Below, one piece after another: positions 8,249-17,764 of a stretch of 33,552 bases of DNA; the stretch's first letter is position 1; the number at the start of each line of letters is the position of its first letter. Source of the stretch: Clostridia bacterium (GTDB lineage: Bacteria; Bacillota; Clostridia; TANB77; CAG-508); NCBI GenBank assembly GCA_045602745.1, contig JAZSCD010000104.1, positions 1 through 33,552 on the forward strand, read 5' to 3'. The notes beneath the pieces are model-generated. The model saw only the letters and a program-made list of their open reading frames with translations. It did not search any database and had not been told where the DNA came from. The position numbers and the translations under genes are program-made.

Positions 8249-9607
8249 TTAAATATATATTTCTAATTGTTGTTTAAATAATTTATTATCTTTAGTAGTA
8301 AATAAATTTAAATTATTGTTTTTCTTTAAAATTTTACGAACTTCGAATAAACCTAGTCCATGATTATTATTATCTTCGTCTGCTTTAGAAGTATAGCCTT
8401 TTTCAAATATCCTTTCCGTATCTACATCCTTATTACAATAAGTATTTTCAATTATAAATAATTGCCTATTTGCTTTATTATCTTTTCTAATTATAATATT
8501 AATTTCTTTTTTTTCACATTTAGAAGCTGCTTCTATTGCGTTATCTAAAAGTATACCAAGAATTCTAGATAATTCATAAGATTTAATATTTAATGTTGTT
8601 AAATCTAAAAATACTTCAAAATTCATTTTTATTCCAAGTTCTTCAGCTTTATGGTATTTAGATGTAAGTAAACTATATACTGCAGGATTATTAATAAGTT
8701 CTGGATTAAGAATTGCTAAATTATTTACTTTTTTACAATCTTCCATTAAACCAGAATAATAATCTTTTAAACCATCCATATTATTAGTAGAAATATATCC
8801 ACCTATTGATTGAACAATATTATTAAAATCATGTTTAAAATCTCTAATATTATCATAAAGAATAGTTAAAGTTTTGTTATATAATTGTTCTTCTTCTAAC
8901 TTTTCTGTAGTAACTTCAAGTTTACTAGTTCTAAGTAAGCTATATATACTAACTAAAAAGTAGATAAGTAGAACAGAAATATTTAAAACTACTATAAATA
9001 TTGGTAGTTTATTCATATAATTAGTAAATATATATGAATGAGTTGCTAATGCAATTATTCCAATAAAAAAGTTAATAAATATTATAAAGTTATTTTTGTT
9101 TTTCATTTTATCTACTATATTTATATGTAATTTAAATTTAGTAAACAATAAATAAAAAATATATATTAAAAAGTATAATAATATAGAATAACATAATTTA
9201 TAAACTGGAATTAGCAAAAAGTAATTTGAAGACATATTAGTTATTTTTACGAACAGCATTACTAGGATTGAAGAGAATATAAAGAAGATTATATATGGGA
9301 TTACTTCAGCTAGTATTGCTTTTAAAATATTAGTTTTAAATATAAAATACACTAATATTGGGCATGCAATAAGGTTAATAAAAGTATTAAACGGTGCTGG
9401 AATAAAAAATAATGATATTAATCCAATTAATGAAAAAGATATTATATATGTTACATTTTGTTTTTTAGTAGATTTAATTTTTAAAATACTTTTAAATAAG
9501 AGTAGTGTTATAGTAGATTCAAGAAAAGACAATGGAATACTAAGTATAAGTACTCCTAACTCATTCTCCGTAGTTAATGCATTCCAAATTGTTTGTAAAA
9601 TTTCCAT
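8249..9607 (-). CDS. agrC: AgrC-like GHKL sensor histidine kinase
   Basis: Multi-TM N-terminus; RDFKHDFNN H-box, LLDNAIEA N-box, GYTSK...HGLGL. Confidence 0.88.
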   Translation of the reverse strand: MEILQTIWNALTTENELGVLILSIPLSFLESTITLLLFKSILKIKSTKKQNVTYIISFSLIGLISLFFIPAPFNTFINLIACPILVYFIFKTNILKAILAEVIPYIIFFIFSSILVMLFVKITNMSSNYFLLIPVYKLCYSILLYFLIYIFYLLFTKFKLHINIVDKMKNKNNFIIFINFFIGIIALATHSYIFTNYMNKLPIFIVVLNISVLLIYFLVSIYSLLRTSKLEVTTEKLEEEQLYNKTLTILYDNIRDFKHDFNNIVQSIGGYISTNNMDGLKDYYSGLMEDCKKVNNLAILNPELINNPAVYSLLTSKYHKAEELGIKMNFEVFLDLTTLNIKSYELSRILGILLDNAIEAASKCEKKEINIIIRKDNKANRQLFIIENTYCNKDVDTERIFEKGYTSKADEDNNNHGLGLFEVRKILKKNNNLNLFTTKDNKLFKQQLEIYI

Positions 9608-10301
9608 TTTTTAAAACCTCCATTATTTCGTTTTTATATTTTGCACCAATAGAACAAGAGCCATTTGGTGTAAAAAGAATAGTATTTTTATTAGAACTAA
9701 TATCTGATATATTTTTTACATTAACAATATATGATTTATGACATCTAATAAAATTTTCTGGTAGACAATTTTGAATTTTATTAAAAGAACTATAAGTTTC
9801 ATAAGTACGAGTATTTGTACAAAAAACTAGTTTCATTCCATCTTTTTTTATATAATTTATTTCGTCTTCATTTATTATAGTTTTATTATTATTTAATCTA
9901 ATAAATCTTGTTGGGGTTTTTTTGATATCATCAACTAATCTTAAAATTGTTTCTTCTAATCTTTCTTGAACTACTGGTTTAGGAAGATAGTCAAATGTTT
10001 TATATTTATATGCAAGTAGAGCATATTCTAAATGACCAGTTGAAAAAATAATATATACATCTTTATTTTTCTTTCTAACCATATCTGCTATATCACAACC
10101 ATTAATTTCACAATTTAAATTTATATCTAAAATTAAAACATCAACTTTATTATTGTTTATATAGCTTATTACATCTGATGGATTACTAGATTTTAATCCA
10201 ATGCTTGCATCTATATTATTAGTAATAAAAATAGATTCTAACATTTTTGATAATCTATCTAGGATAAGATTATTATCATCACATATAACAAAATTAAGCA
10301 T
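9561..10301 (-). CDS. agrA: AgrA-like LytTR response regulator
   Basis: ICDD, LILDINL receiver motifs; FIRCHKSYIVN LytTR motif. Confidence 0.9.
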   Translation of the reverse strand: MLNFVICDDNNLILDRLSKMLESIFITNNIDASIGLKSSNPSDVISYINNNKVDVLILDINLNCEINGCDIADMVRKKNKDVYIIFSTGHLEYALLAYKYKTFDYLPKPVVQERLEETILRLVDDIKKTPTRFIRLNNNKTIINEDEINYIKKDGMKLVFCTNTRTYETYSSFNKIQNCLPENFIRCHKSYIVNVKNISDISSNKNTILFTPNGSCSIGAKYKNEIMEVLKNGNFTNNLECINYGE

Positions 10302-10582
10302 AAATAATTCCTTTCATAAAATAAATAAATTGTTTAATAAAATAAGGTATATATTGAAACTGTAAGCTTAACGAAGAAAATTCCTTATTTTTCCAAAACA
10401 TTATTAATATAATCCAAATTGAAAATAATGTCAATAAAAAAGGAATAAAAATTTAAAAATAAAACTATATAGTATGTTTTTATAAATAAGTAAATGAAAA
10501 AAGTTTAAAATTAAAAGTATTGATTAAGAAAAAAAAGATATGTTAGATTTATATATAGAGAGTAACAAAGGAGGAAAAAAGT

Positions 10583-10874
10583 ATGAAAAAAATAGTTTAT
10601 CTATTTAGTTTAATGTTATTATTGATATTATTAGTATTTATACCAAATACTACGAATGCAACAGAAGTAACAGTAACAAATGAGGAAGAATTATCACAGG
10701 TATTAGGTGAAAATGCAATAGCTGAAGGAAATAAAGTAACAATAAATGGAAGAAACAAAAGATGACTCAAAAGAAGAAACACCAAAAACAGGAGTTATAG
10801 ATAATTCAATATATATAATATTTGTAGTTTTAAGCAGTACTTTTATAGGATTTATAAATTTAAAAAGAAACTAA
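10583..10874 (+). pseudogene. Remnant of a sortase-anchored surface protein (signal peptide and TPKTG anchor in different frames)
   Basis: The 60-aa ORF has a signal peptide; the +1 frame from 10749 reads EETKDDSKEETPKTGVIDNSIYIIFVVLSSTFIGFINLKRN*. Confidence 0.6.
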
Positions 10875-10959
10875 AGAATAATATATAAAAATTAAAAGTG
10901 AATACCAAATTATGGATAAAAATCTAGAATTATGGGTTTGCTTTTATAATGCATAAATA

Positions 10960-10988
10960 TTGACAAAATTATGTAAATAAGATATAAT
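10960..10988 (+). promoter_or_regulatory. Consensus SigA promoter of the island operon
   Basis: TTGACA-17 bp-TATAAT. Confidence 0.85.
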
Positions 10989-11068
10989 ACATGCTGACAA
11001 CTTATTGTTGGCTTTATTAAAGTATCTTTAAAGTAAAAGATACAAAAAAGAAGAAAGGAGGCGAAACA

Positions 11069-11587
11069 ATGGGTTTGTTCGACAAATTATTTGTGCAGGA
11101 AGAACTCAGTGAAAGTGCAAAAGGAGGTGCACGGGAAAGTTTAAAAGCACAGCAAAGTATGCCAAATCATGAAGAAGAAGTGAGCGTTTCAGGAGATGCA
11201 GCAGATGATATTCTGAAAAATGCACTGGCACCTTTGGAGGGAAAGGCAGTTACAATCTATACTTTAAGAGATTTAACTGCTACTATGCCTACAGGTGTTA
11301 AAAAAGACTCCATTTTAGGAGTTCTGAAGGTAACGAAAATTTCTGAATCGGAAATTAAACAGGATGCTGATGCAAGAATTAGCATTCTGGAAGCTACAGA
11401 AAGAAAGTTACAGGAGAGAATTGCAAGCGACATTTCAGTACTTGAATCTGAGATTAAAGAATGTCAGGATCGTATTGAAATAAATCGTAAAAACAAAGAA
11501 AATGCAGAAGCATTATTGCGCGAATTCCAGATGGCAAAAGCAAAAATGACAGACGAAATCAAATCTATTTTATCAACAATTGAATGA
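11069..11587 (+). CDS. Hypothetical coiled-coil protein
   Basis: AGGAGG RBS; MGLFDKLF amphipathic N-terminus; heptad-rich C-terminal half. Confidence 0.75.
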   Translation: MGLFDKLFVQEELSESAKGGARESLKAQQSMPNHEEEVSVSGDAADDILKNALAPLEGKAVTIYTLRDLTATMPTGVKKDSILGVLKVTKISESEIKQDADARISILEATERKLQERIASDISVLESEIKECQDRIEINRKNKENAEALLREFQMAKAKMTDEIKSILSTIE

Positions 11588-11603
11588 CACAGGAGGAAAA
11601 AAC

Positions 11604-12356
11604 ATGAATATTTTTGAATTTGTTTTGACAATTGCAATAATTGCACTCGCAATTATTATCATCATTTTGGTTGCAACAAAAAAAGGAAGAATGTTTGCAA
11701 AAGCGGCAGTTAATTCGCTTTTTACAGAGGCAAACAAAAATCCCAAAATTGTGGCAGAGTATTTCGATGAAAAAATTGGAAGACTCCAGAGAACTTATGC
11801 TAAAGCAGATGCTGCTTATCGTAAGGCTTCAGGTGAGCTGATTTCAAACAAAAATCAGATTGAGTCATTGCAAAAGGAACTCGATAGAGTTAATAAAAAA
11901 ATTTTTGATGCACAAAAGCGCGAAAACGTTGAAGATGCGCGAATGTATGCAAGAGATGCAGTGGCAATAAAAGATAAACTTGAAGCAATTCAGGGAACAA
12001 TTCCTGACATGGAAAACGCAGTAAAATCATCACAGGATTTAAGAGAAAAGGCTGCAGATGCTATTGACAAGATGAAATCTCGCAAAGAAGCAGATATTGC
12101 TAAGGTTAAAGCGGGGAAAGCTGTTCAAGAAATTTACGATCAGTTTGATGCAAGTAAAATGAGCAGTGATATTGACAGAGTCTTAAGTCAGTTTTCTGAT
12201 TATGCAGATGAGCAGGAAAAGATGGGTATAGGAGCCAGAGTGGCTTGGGAAACATCTGCTGAAGCTCAGAAAATCTCTGCTGAAAGAAGAGCAAAAGAAT
12301 ATGAAGCAGATGAGTATATTGCAAATATTGTAAGTTCCATGTCAGACCAGAACTAA
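11604..12356 (+). CDS. PspA/IM30-like coiled-coil protein with N-terminal TM anchor
   Basis: AGGAGG RBS; TM helix, then NP..AEYFDEKI and a long helical region with EDARMYA; PspA-like layout. Confidence 0.6.
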   Translation: MNIFEFVLTIAIIALAIIIIILVATKKGRMFAKAAVNSLFTEANKNPKIVAEYFDEKIGRLQRTYAKADAAYRKASGELISNKNQIESLQKELDRVNKKIFDAQKRENVEDARMYARDAVAIKDKLEAIQGTIPDMENAVKSSQDLREKAADAIDKMKSRKEADIAKVKAGKAVQEIYDQFDASKMSSDIDRVLSQFSDYADEQEKMGIGARVAWETSAEAQKISAERRAKEYEADEYIANIVSSMSDQN

Positions 12357-12372
12357 AAAAGGAGAAATTCAT

Positions 12373-13923
12373 ATGTTCAAAAAAATAAATACAGCTGGTA
12401 AAATAGTTGTAGGAATTATTCTTGCATTAATCATTTTTATTGTGTGCTCTGGTGTGTATTTGATTGCAAACAAAGTTACCACAAGCAGAAATGAGGAAAT
12501 TCCCCAGATAAATCATACGGAACAGACACCCCAGACCAATAATCCTTCGGCTAATGCTGAGAAGATAATTATCACATTAGATGAGTGGATTGGCTGGAAA
12601 AGCTTACTTGATGCTAATGGTGGCTTAACCACAAAATCAGGTTCCATTTATGACAAAATGGGCTTGAATGTTGAATTCATTATTTCAAATGATGCAACAG
12701 CAAGCTCAAATATGTTGATAAAAGGAGATAGTGTTGGCTCAGGTTACACAGTTAACAGATATGCATTTCTGAATCAGAAGTTCAAAGACTCAAAAGTTGC
12801 TGTGAAAATGGTTTACATTACAAACTTCAGTAACGGAGGAGATGGTATAATTTCAAAATCCTCTATGTCTAATGTAACAGACTTAGTAGGTAAGAAAATT
12901 GCTATTCCTAAATTTTCCGAAGCACAGACTTTGGTAGAATGGTTAATCGAAGCCAGTGATTTAACTGAAGATCAGAAAAAGTCCATTCGTAGTAACTATA
13001 TTTTGGTTGATACACCGGATGATGCAGCAAGAGTATTTTTCTCTGGAGAAGCTGATGCAGCAGCAACTTGGGAACCGTATTTAACAGATGCACAGAACAC
13101 AGCTGGTGCAAGAGTATTCTTTGATACAAGTGAGGCAACAAACTTGATTCTTGATGGATTAGTTTTCAGAGAAGATTTCCTTAAAACACATTCAAAGGAA
13201 ATTGAAAAACTCATCGACGGAGCACTTCAGGCAGCTGCTATGTACACGACAGATTTTAAAGCTATTCGTGAGATGTCGCTGTTTGCAGAACTAACTGAAG
13301 CAAATATAATTGATATGGCTTCAGGAGCAAAACTGGCTACATGGAATCAGAATATGTCTTTACTTACAGATGAAGCAATTACCATGTTTTCTGATATGAG
13401 TAGCATATGGCTTTCTATTGGAGAAAAGGCAAATCCGAATGATGCCCAAACAGCATTTGATAGTCATTATATGGAGGCTTTAAGCGAAAAGTATTCTGAC
13501 GAGAAAGATGAAGAAGTTGTAACATTTAATGAAGAAGATAGAAACAAAGCAGAAGAAAAAGACAATACATTAGCTTTGCTTTCTAAATCTTTAACAGTTA
13601 ACTTCGGAGGCGATTCGGCGGTTATTCAGGCAGACAGCTATAAAGCGCTTAATGAATTTGCAGAAATTGCAAAGAGTTTAAACGGTGTTTATATTCAGAT
13701 TGAAGGAAACACAGCTGATGTCGGAGAAGGACCCCAGAGTGGTAAAACACTTTCGGAAGAAAGAGCCAGAGCAATTGCTTTGTATTTAGAAGCACAGGGA
13801 ATTAACCCTGAACGTTTCATCATAATTGGCAACGGTGCAAGCAATCCCAAAGCGTCCAATGACACAGAAGAAGGTCGCATCCAGAACAGAAGGACCGATA
13901 TTTTCTTTAAAAGCGGTCAGTAA
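12373..13923 (+). CDS. SsuA/NMT1-type ABC substrate-binding protein fused to a C-terminal OmpA-like domain
   Basis: WIGW, SNGGDGII, DLVGKKIA, DAAATWEP; C-terminal IEGNTAD...LSEERARAI...G.SNP...GRIQNRRTD. Confidence 0.88.
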   Translation: MFKKINTAGKIVVGIILALIIFIVCSGVYLIANKVTTSRNEEIPQINHTEQTPQTNNPSANAEKIIITLDEWIGWKSLLDANGGLTTKSGSIYDKMGLNVEFIISNDATASSNMLIKGDSVGSGYTVNRYAFLNQKFKDSKVAVKMVYITNFSNGGDGIISKSSMSNVTDLVGKKIAIPKFSEAQTLVEWLIEASDLTEDQKKSIRSNYILVDTPDDAARVFFSGEADAAATWEPYLTDAQNTAGARVFFDTSEATNLILDGLVFREDFLKTHSKEIEKLIDGALQAAAMYTTDFKAIREMSLFAELTEANIIDMASGAKLATWNQNMSLLTDEAITMFSDMSSIWLSIGEKANPNDAQTAFDSHYMEALSEKYSDEKDEEVVTFNEEDRNKAEEKDNTLALLSKSLTVNFGGDSAVIQADSYKALNEFAEIAKSLNGVYIQIEGNTADVGEGPQSGKTLSEERARAIALYLEAQGINPERFIIIGNGASNPKASNDTEEGRIQNRRTDIFFKSGQ

Positions 13924-13935
13924 ATATTAAGTACT

Positions 13936-13958
13936 GCGGCCCTAGAAATTAGGGCCGC
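13936..13958 (+). terminator. GC-rich intra-operon hairpin (stabiliser or partial terminator)
   Basis: GCGGCCCTA-GAAAT-TAGGGCCGC. Confidence 0.55.
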
Positions 13959-13979
13959 TTGTTAAAAAAGGAGAAATAC

Positions 13980-14738
13980 ATGGATAAAATAATTAAACGG
14001 ATAATTCCGACTTTAGTATTTATCTCTTTAATTTTAACCTGGTATGTATTAAGTATAGTCATAGACAATTCTTTATTTATTCCTACACCAATGGAAACAA
14101 TAAAGGAGCTTATTACATTATTAAAGGGAAGTTTATTTTCACACATTTGGGCTTCATTTAAGAGAATTACAATTGCAGTATTTATTGCAGGAGGAATATC
14201 AATACCTCTTGGATTAATTATTGCAAAAGTATCAGTGGTAAACTATATATTAAGCCCAATTATTAACTTCTTAAGATACATTCCTATTACGGCATTTTCA
14301 CCTTTGCTGATGTTATTTATTGGCATAGGCGAAGATATGAAGATTTCTCTTATTTTTATTGCAGTATTTTTGCAATATCTTCCTATCGTAGTAAACGAAT
14401 TTGAAGATGTAGATAAGAAAATAACAGAAACTGCCACAACAATTGGATTTAGTGACTTTAGAAGTATATGGCATATTATTATTCCATATACCACACCGGA
14501 ATTAATAAGAAATTTTATTTCTTTATACGGAATTGGTTGGACATATGTTATTATAGCAGAAGTAACCAATGCTAATTACGGTTTAGGTCATTTAATGTAT
14601 ATAGGAAGTGCACGTGGAAACACTGAAATGGTTTTTGCAGCTTTAATTACAATCATCTTTATTAATATTACCTTTGATAAACTTGGAAAACTTATTGTAA
14701 AGAAAAAATTTGCATGGAGGTACAAAGAAGATGAGTAA
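13980..14738 (+). CDS. NitT/TauT-family ABC permease
   Basis: FIPTP, LRYIPITAFSPL, GIGEDMK, ETATTIG (EAA loop), WTYVIIAE, GLGHL. Confidence 0.92.
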   Translation: MDKIIKRIIPTLVFISLILTWYVLSIVIDNSLFIPTPMETIKELITLLKGSLFSHIWASFKRITIAVFIAGGISIPLGLIIAKVSVVNYILSPIINFLRYIPITAFSPLLMLFIGIGEDMKISLIFIAVFLQYLPIVVNEFEDVDKKITETATTIGFSDFRSIWHIIIPYTTPELIRNFISLYGIGWTYVIIAEVTNANYGLGHLMYIGSARGNTEMVFAALITIIFINITFDKLGKLIVKKKFAWRYKEDE

Positions 14739-15396
14739 TTTGAAGTTAGAGAAGCTAACAATTTCATATACACAACCAAATGGAAACAAAAATGTTATTT
14801 TTAAAAATTTTACAAAGGAATTTGAGCCAGGAATTTATACTTTGATAGGCGAATCAGGCTGTGGAAAATCAACTCTTATGAGAGCCATAGCGGGTTTGAA
14901 AGAGTATGAAGCAGGTCAAATTTTGTTAAACGGTAAAGCTTTAAAAAAGGCAAATCCGGATGTTTGTATGTTGCATCAGCATTATTCGGATTTTCCATGG
15001 TGTAGCCTATATAAGAACATATTAATGGCTTACAAGGCTAAGAAAATTAAAATTACAAGCAAAGAAAAGAAAGAGGCAATGGACATATTAGAATTGCTTG
15101 GATTAAAAGAACATGCTAATAAAAAAGTAGGAGCATTTACCAGCGAAGTTTCAGGCGGACAGAGCCAAAGGTTAAGCTTTGGAATGGGTCTTGCTATGAA
15201 ACCCAAAGTATGGCTGTTAGATGAACCAACTTCAGCGTTAGATAGTGAAAATACGCGAAAAATAGCGGATATATTAAAAAACTATCAAAAAAACTCACAA
15301 GCAATTATAATCGTAATTACTCATGACTTAAACTTTGCTAAAATGTTAAATTCAACTGAAATAAGGTTGGATAAAAGCGTAAGAATATCAGAATAA
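14731..15396 (+). CDS. ABC transporter ATP-binding protein
   Basis: GESGCGKS, VSGGQSQR, LLDEPTSALD, ITHD. Confidence 0.95.
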   Translation: MSNLKLEKLTISYTQPNGNKNVIFKNFTKEFEPGIYTLIGESGCGKSTLMRAIAGLKEYEAGQILLNGKALKKANPDVCMLHQHYSDFPWCSLYKNILMAYKAKKIKITSKEKKEAMDILELLGLKEHANKKVGAFTSEVSGGQSQRLSFGMGLAMKPKVWLLDEPTSALDSENTRKIADILKNYQKNSQAIIIVITHDLNFAKMLNSTEIRLDKSVRISE

Positions 15397-15428
15397 AACT
15401 CTAATACAACTATAGGAGGAAAAATAGT

Positions 15429-15845
15429 ATGTGGATTGTCATCCTATTACTTAGTATTCTATTACTTTATGGTGTATGGAAGTTGTTAAGAAGAATCTAT
15501 ATCAAACCAATTTTGGATAAAATAGATACTGCTTATAACCACCTTCTTGCAATAACAATGAATTTAATGAGAGTTGAAAGCAAGAATTATGGAGCGAAAA
15601 TTATTCGATATGAGGAAAAGTATAAAATACTAAAAAAACTTAATGAATATCTTTTAAATTCAAAATGTTGGATACAAAATTATTTAATGACAACAGAAGA
15701 AAGAAATAGATATGAACAAGTTTTTAAAGATTTTGTAAATGCAGAGAAAGAACTTATGATGTATCATTTGCTTGAGGCTATAGGAGCAAATAATGAAATA
15801 ATATGTTCAGGATGGCTTAACGATTGGTATAATAGCATTCGATAG
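15429..15845 (+). CDS. Hypothetical protein with N-terminal TM
   Basis: AGGAGG RBS; hydrophobic N-terminus; MTTEERNRYEQVF resembles a motif in the next gene. Confidence 0.7.
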   Translation: MWIVILLLSILLLYGVWKLLRRIYIKPILDKIDTAYNHLLAITMNLMRVESKNYGAKIIRYEEKYKILKKLNEYLLNSKCWIQNYLMTTEERNRYEQVFKDFVNAEKELMMYHLLEAIGANNEIICSGWLNDWYNSIR

Positions 15846-15856
15846 GAGGAACATAT

Positions 15857-16405
15857 ATGGCTATTGTATTTATTTTAGGCATTTTAATAATAATCGCAGC
15901 ATTACGTTACATTGTATGCATTAATAAAGAAATCGAAAATATATTAAACAAAATAGATCATGTCAGTAAAACTAATTGTTGGTTGTCAGCATTTTATGCT
16001 GTAGACATAAGTACAGCATGGTCTTCTAAAGAAATACTGATGATAGAAGAAAAATATGTGAGCGATTATTATAATAACCTTAAAAGACTTGCAGAATTTC
16101 TTAAAAAATCAGAACGCCCAATGCATAAATTCTTTATGACAGACAAGGAAAAAGAAAAATATGCAGAAGTATTTGAAGAGTTGAGAAAAACAGAAGAAGA
16201 GCTTGAACATGTAAAAAAACAAAAGGAAATGTTAAGCTCAGAAGGTTTTATATTTAAGGACTTGAAGGACTTAATACCAGAAGTAAAATATGAAGATGCT
16301 ATTGAAATATTAAAAACTCTTCTGAATTCAAATGAATGCGTGCTGACAAAAGAAGAAAGACAAAAGTATGCAGAAATATTAAAAGCAAAAGAAAAAATAG
16401 CCTAA
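15857..16405 (+). CDS. Hypothetical protein with N-terminal TM, probable paralogue of the previous gene
   Basis: AGGAGG RBS; ILNKID, MTDKEKEKYAEVF, LTKEERQKYAEIL. Confidence 0.7.
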   Translation: MAIVFILGILIIIAALRYIVCINKEIENILNKIDHVSKTNCWLSAFYAVDISTAWSSKEILMIEEKYVSDYYNNLKRLAEFLKKSERPMHKFFMTDKEKEKYAEVFEELRKTEEELEHVKKQKEMLSSEGFIFKDLKDLIPEVKYEDAIEILKTLLNSNECVLTKEERQKYAEILKAKEKIA

Positions 16406-16446
16406 ATGTGCAAAATCGTATTTAAAACTTAATAATGTGAGAAAGT

Positions 16447-16488
16447 ACAAACAAAAAAGACTTGGATATCCGGGTCTTTTTTGTTTGT
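16447..16488 (+). terminator. Rho-independent terminator
   Basis: ACAAACAAAAAAGACTTGGA-TA-TCCGGGTCTTTTTTGTTTGT. Confidence 0.8.
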
Positions 16489-16557
16489 ATTTTAAATTAA
16501 ATAAAAGTATAAATTTAAATTTATAGCATAATTATTAAATACGAGGAGAATTTATAT

Positions 16558-17364
16558 ATGAAAAGTAAAATTGGATATATTATTTTAGGAATAGTTGTAT
16601 GTGTATTTACATTTAGTGTAATGACATTAAACAGTAACTTAAATGAAAACACAGTTGCTACTAGTGGAGCTGCATTATCTAATAAGAAAATAGGTTGGGG
16701 AATTAAAAGAGCAGAAGACCATGAGCAACCAGATTTAGGTAGTAGTAATTTAAAATTATTACAAGAATTTAATGGAATAGCTATGGGAAATAAAGAAGAT
16801 AAATCTGTTTATTTAACTTTTGATAATGGATATGAAGCCGGATATACTTCAAAGCTATTGGATACTTTAAAAGAAAATAATGTAAAAGCAGCATTTTTTA
16901 TAACAGCACATTATTTAAACACAGCACCAGAATTAGTAGAAAGAATGATAAATGAAGGACATATTGTAGGAAATCATACAGTAAATCATAAAAGTATGCC
17001 AGATTTAGATGACGAAAAAATAAAAGAAGAAATAATGAATTTACATACTGCTGTATACGAAAAATTTGGATATGAAATGAAATATATAAGGCCCCCAATG
17101 GGAGAATTTAGTGAAAGAACTTTAGAAATAATTAAAAATTTAGGATACAAAACAGCAATGTGGAGTTTGGCATATGACGATTGGAATGAAAATAAACAAG
17201 GAAGAGAAGAATATGGAAAAAACAAAATAATATCTAATATTCATAATGGAGCAATAATTTTACTACATGCTAACTCTAAAGATAATTGCAATATATTAGA
17301 TGCGTGTATAAAAGAAATTAAACAAATGGGGTACGAATTTAAAACCTTGGATGAATTTAAATAA
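16558..17364 (+). CDS. pdaA: Polysaccharide deacetylase, spore-cortex PdaA type
   Basis: YLTFDNGYEAGYT, GHIVGNHTVNHKSM, IRPPMGEFSERTL, WSLAYDDW, GAIILLH. Confidence 0.88.
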   Translation: MKSKIGYIILGIVVCVFTFSVMTLNSNLNENTVATSGAALSNKKIGWGIKRAEDHEQPDLGSSNLKLLQEFNGIAMGNKEDKSVYLTFDNGYEAGYTSKLLDTLKENNVKAAFFITAHYLNTAPELVERMINEGHIVGNHTVNHKSMPDLDDEKIKEEIMNLHTAVYEKFGYEMKYIRPPMGEFSERTLEIIKNLGYKTAMWSLAYDDWNENKQGREEYGKNKIISNIHNGAIILLHANSKDNCNILDACIKEIKQMGYEFKTLDEFK

Positions 17365-17368
17365 TAAA

Positions 17369-17434
17369 AACGATTCTAGGGACTGTCCCTCTTTTGTCTA
17401 GTAGAGATAAAAGGGGACTGTCCTGAATCGTAAA
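17369..17434 (+). repeat. Dispersed REP-like repeat, copy 2
   Basis: AACGATTCTAGGGACTGTCCCT...GGGGACTGTCCTGAATCGTAAA. Confidence 0.8.
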
Positions 17435-17456
17435 TATAAAAAAGAAAGGATTCACA

Positions 17457-17750
17457 ATGAGAAACAACAACCGATTTTCAAATAAAATAAATAAAGCTTT
17501 AGAACTTCCTAGAGAAATTTCTTCATCTGATACAAAGATAAGCATAATTGGATTTGATGAAATGTTAATAGAAAATTACAAAGGAATTTTAGAATATGAA
17601 GAATTTTATATAAAAGTAAAAACAGCAATAGGTAATATAAATATAAGTGGATTTAACCTTGGATTAGAACAAGTTACAGAAGATGATATATCTGTAAAAG
17701 GAAAAATAGAAAGTATAGATATAGAAAGAATTATAGACGAAGAAGAATAG
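17457..17750 (+). CDS. yqfC: YabP/YqfC family sporulation protein
   Basis: LELPREI, IENYKGILEY, ISVKGKIESI; upstream of yqfD. Confidence 0.85.
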   Translation: MRNNNRFSNKINKALELPREISSSDTKISIIGFDEMLIENYKGILEYEEFYIKVKTAIGNINISGFNLGLEQVTEDDISVKGKIESIDIERIIDEEE

Positions 17751-17764
17751 ATGCGGAGGAAAAA

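Noticed and set aside
10745-10765. Frame change in the surface-protein remnant as a seventh recoding site
   Set aside because: Context is AAT GGA AGA with no CGG; better explained by a deletion.
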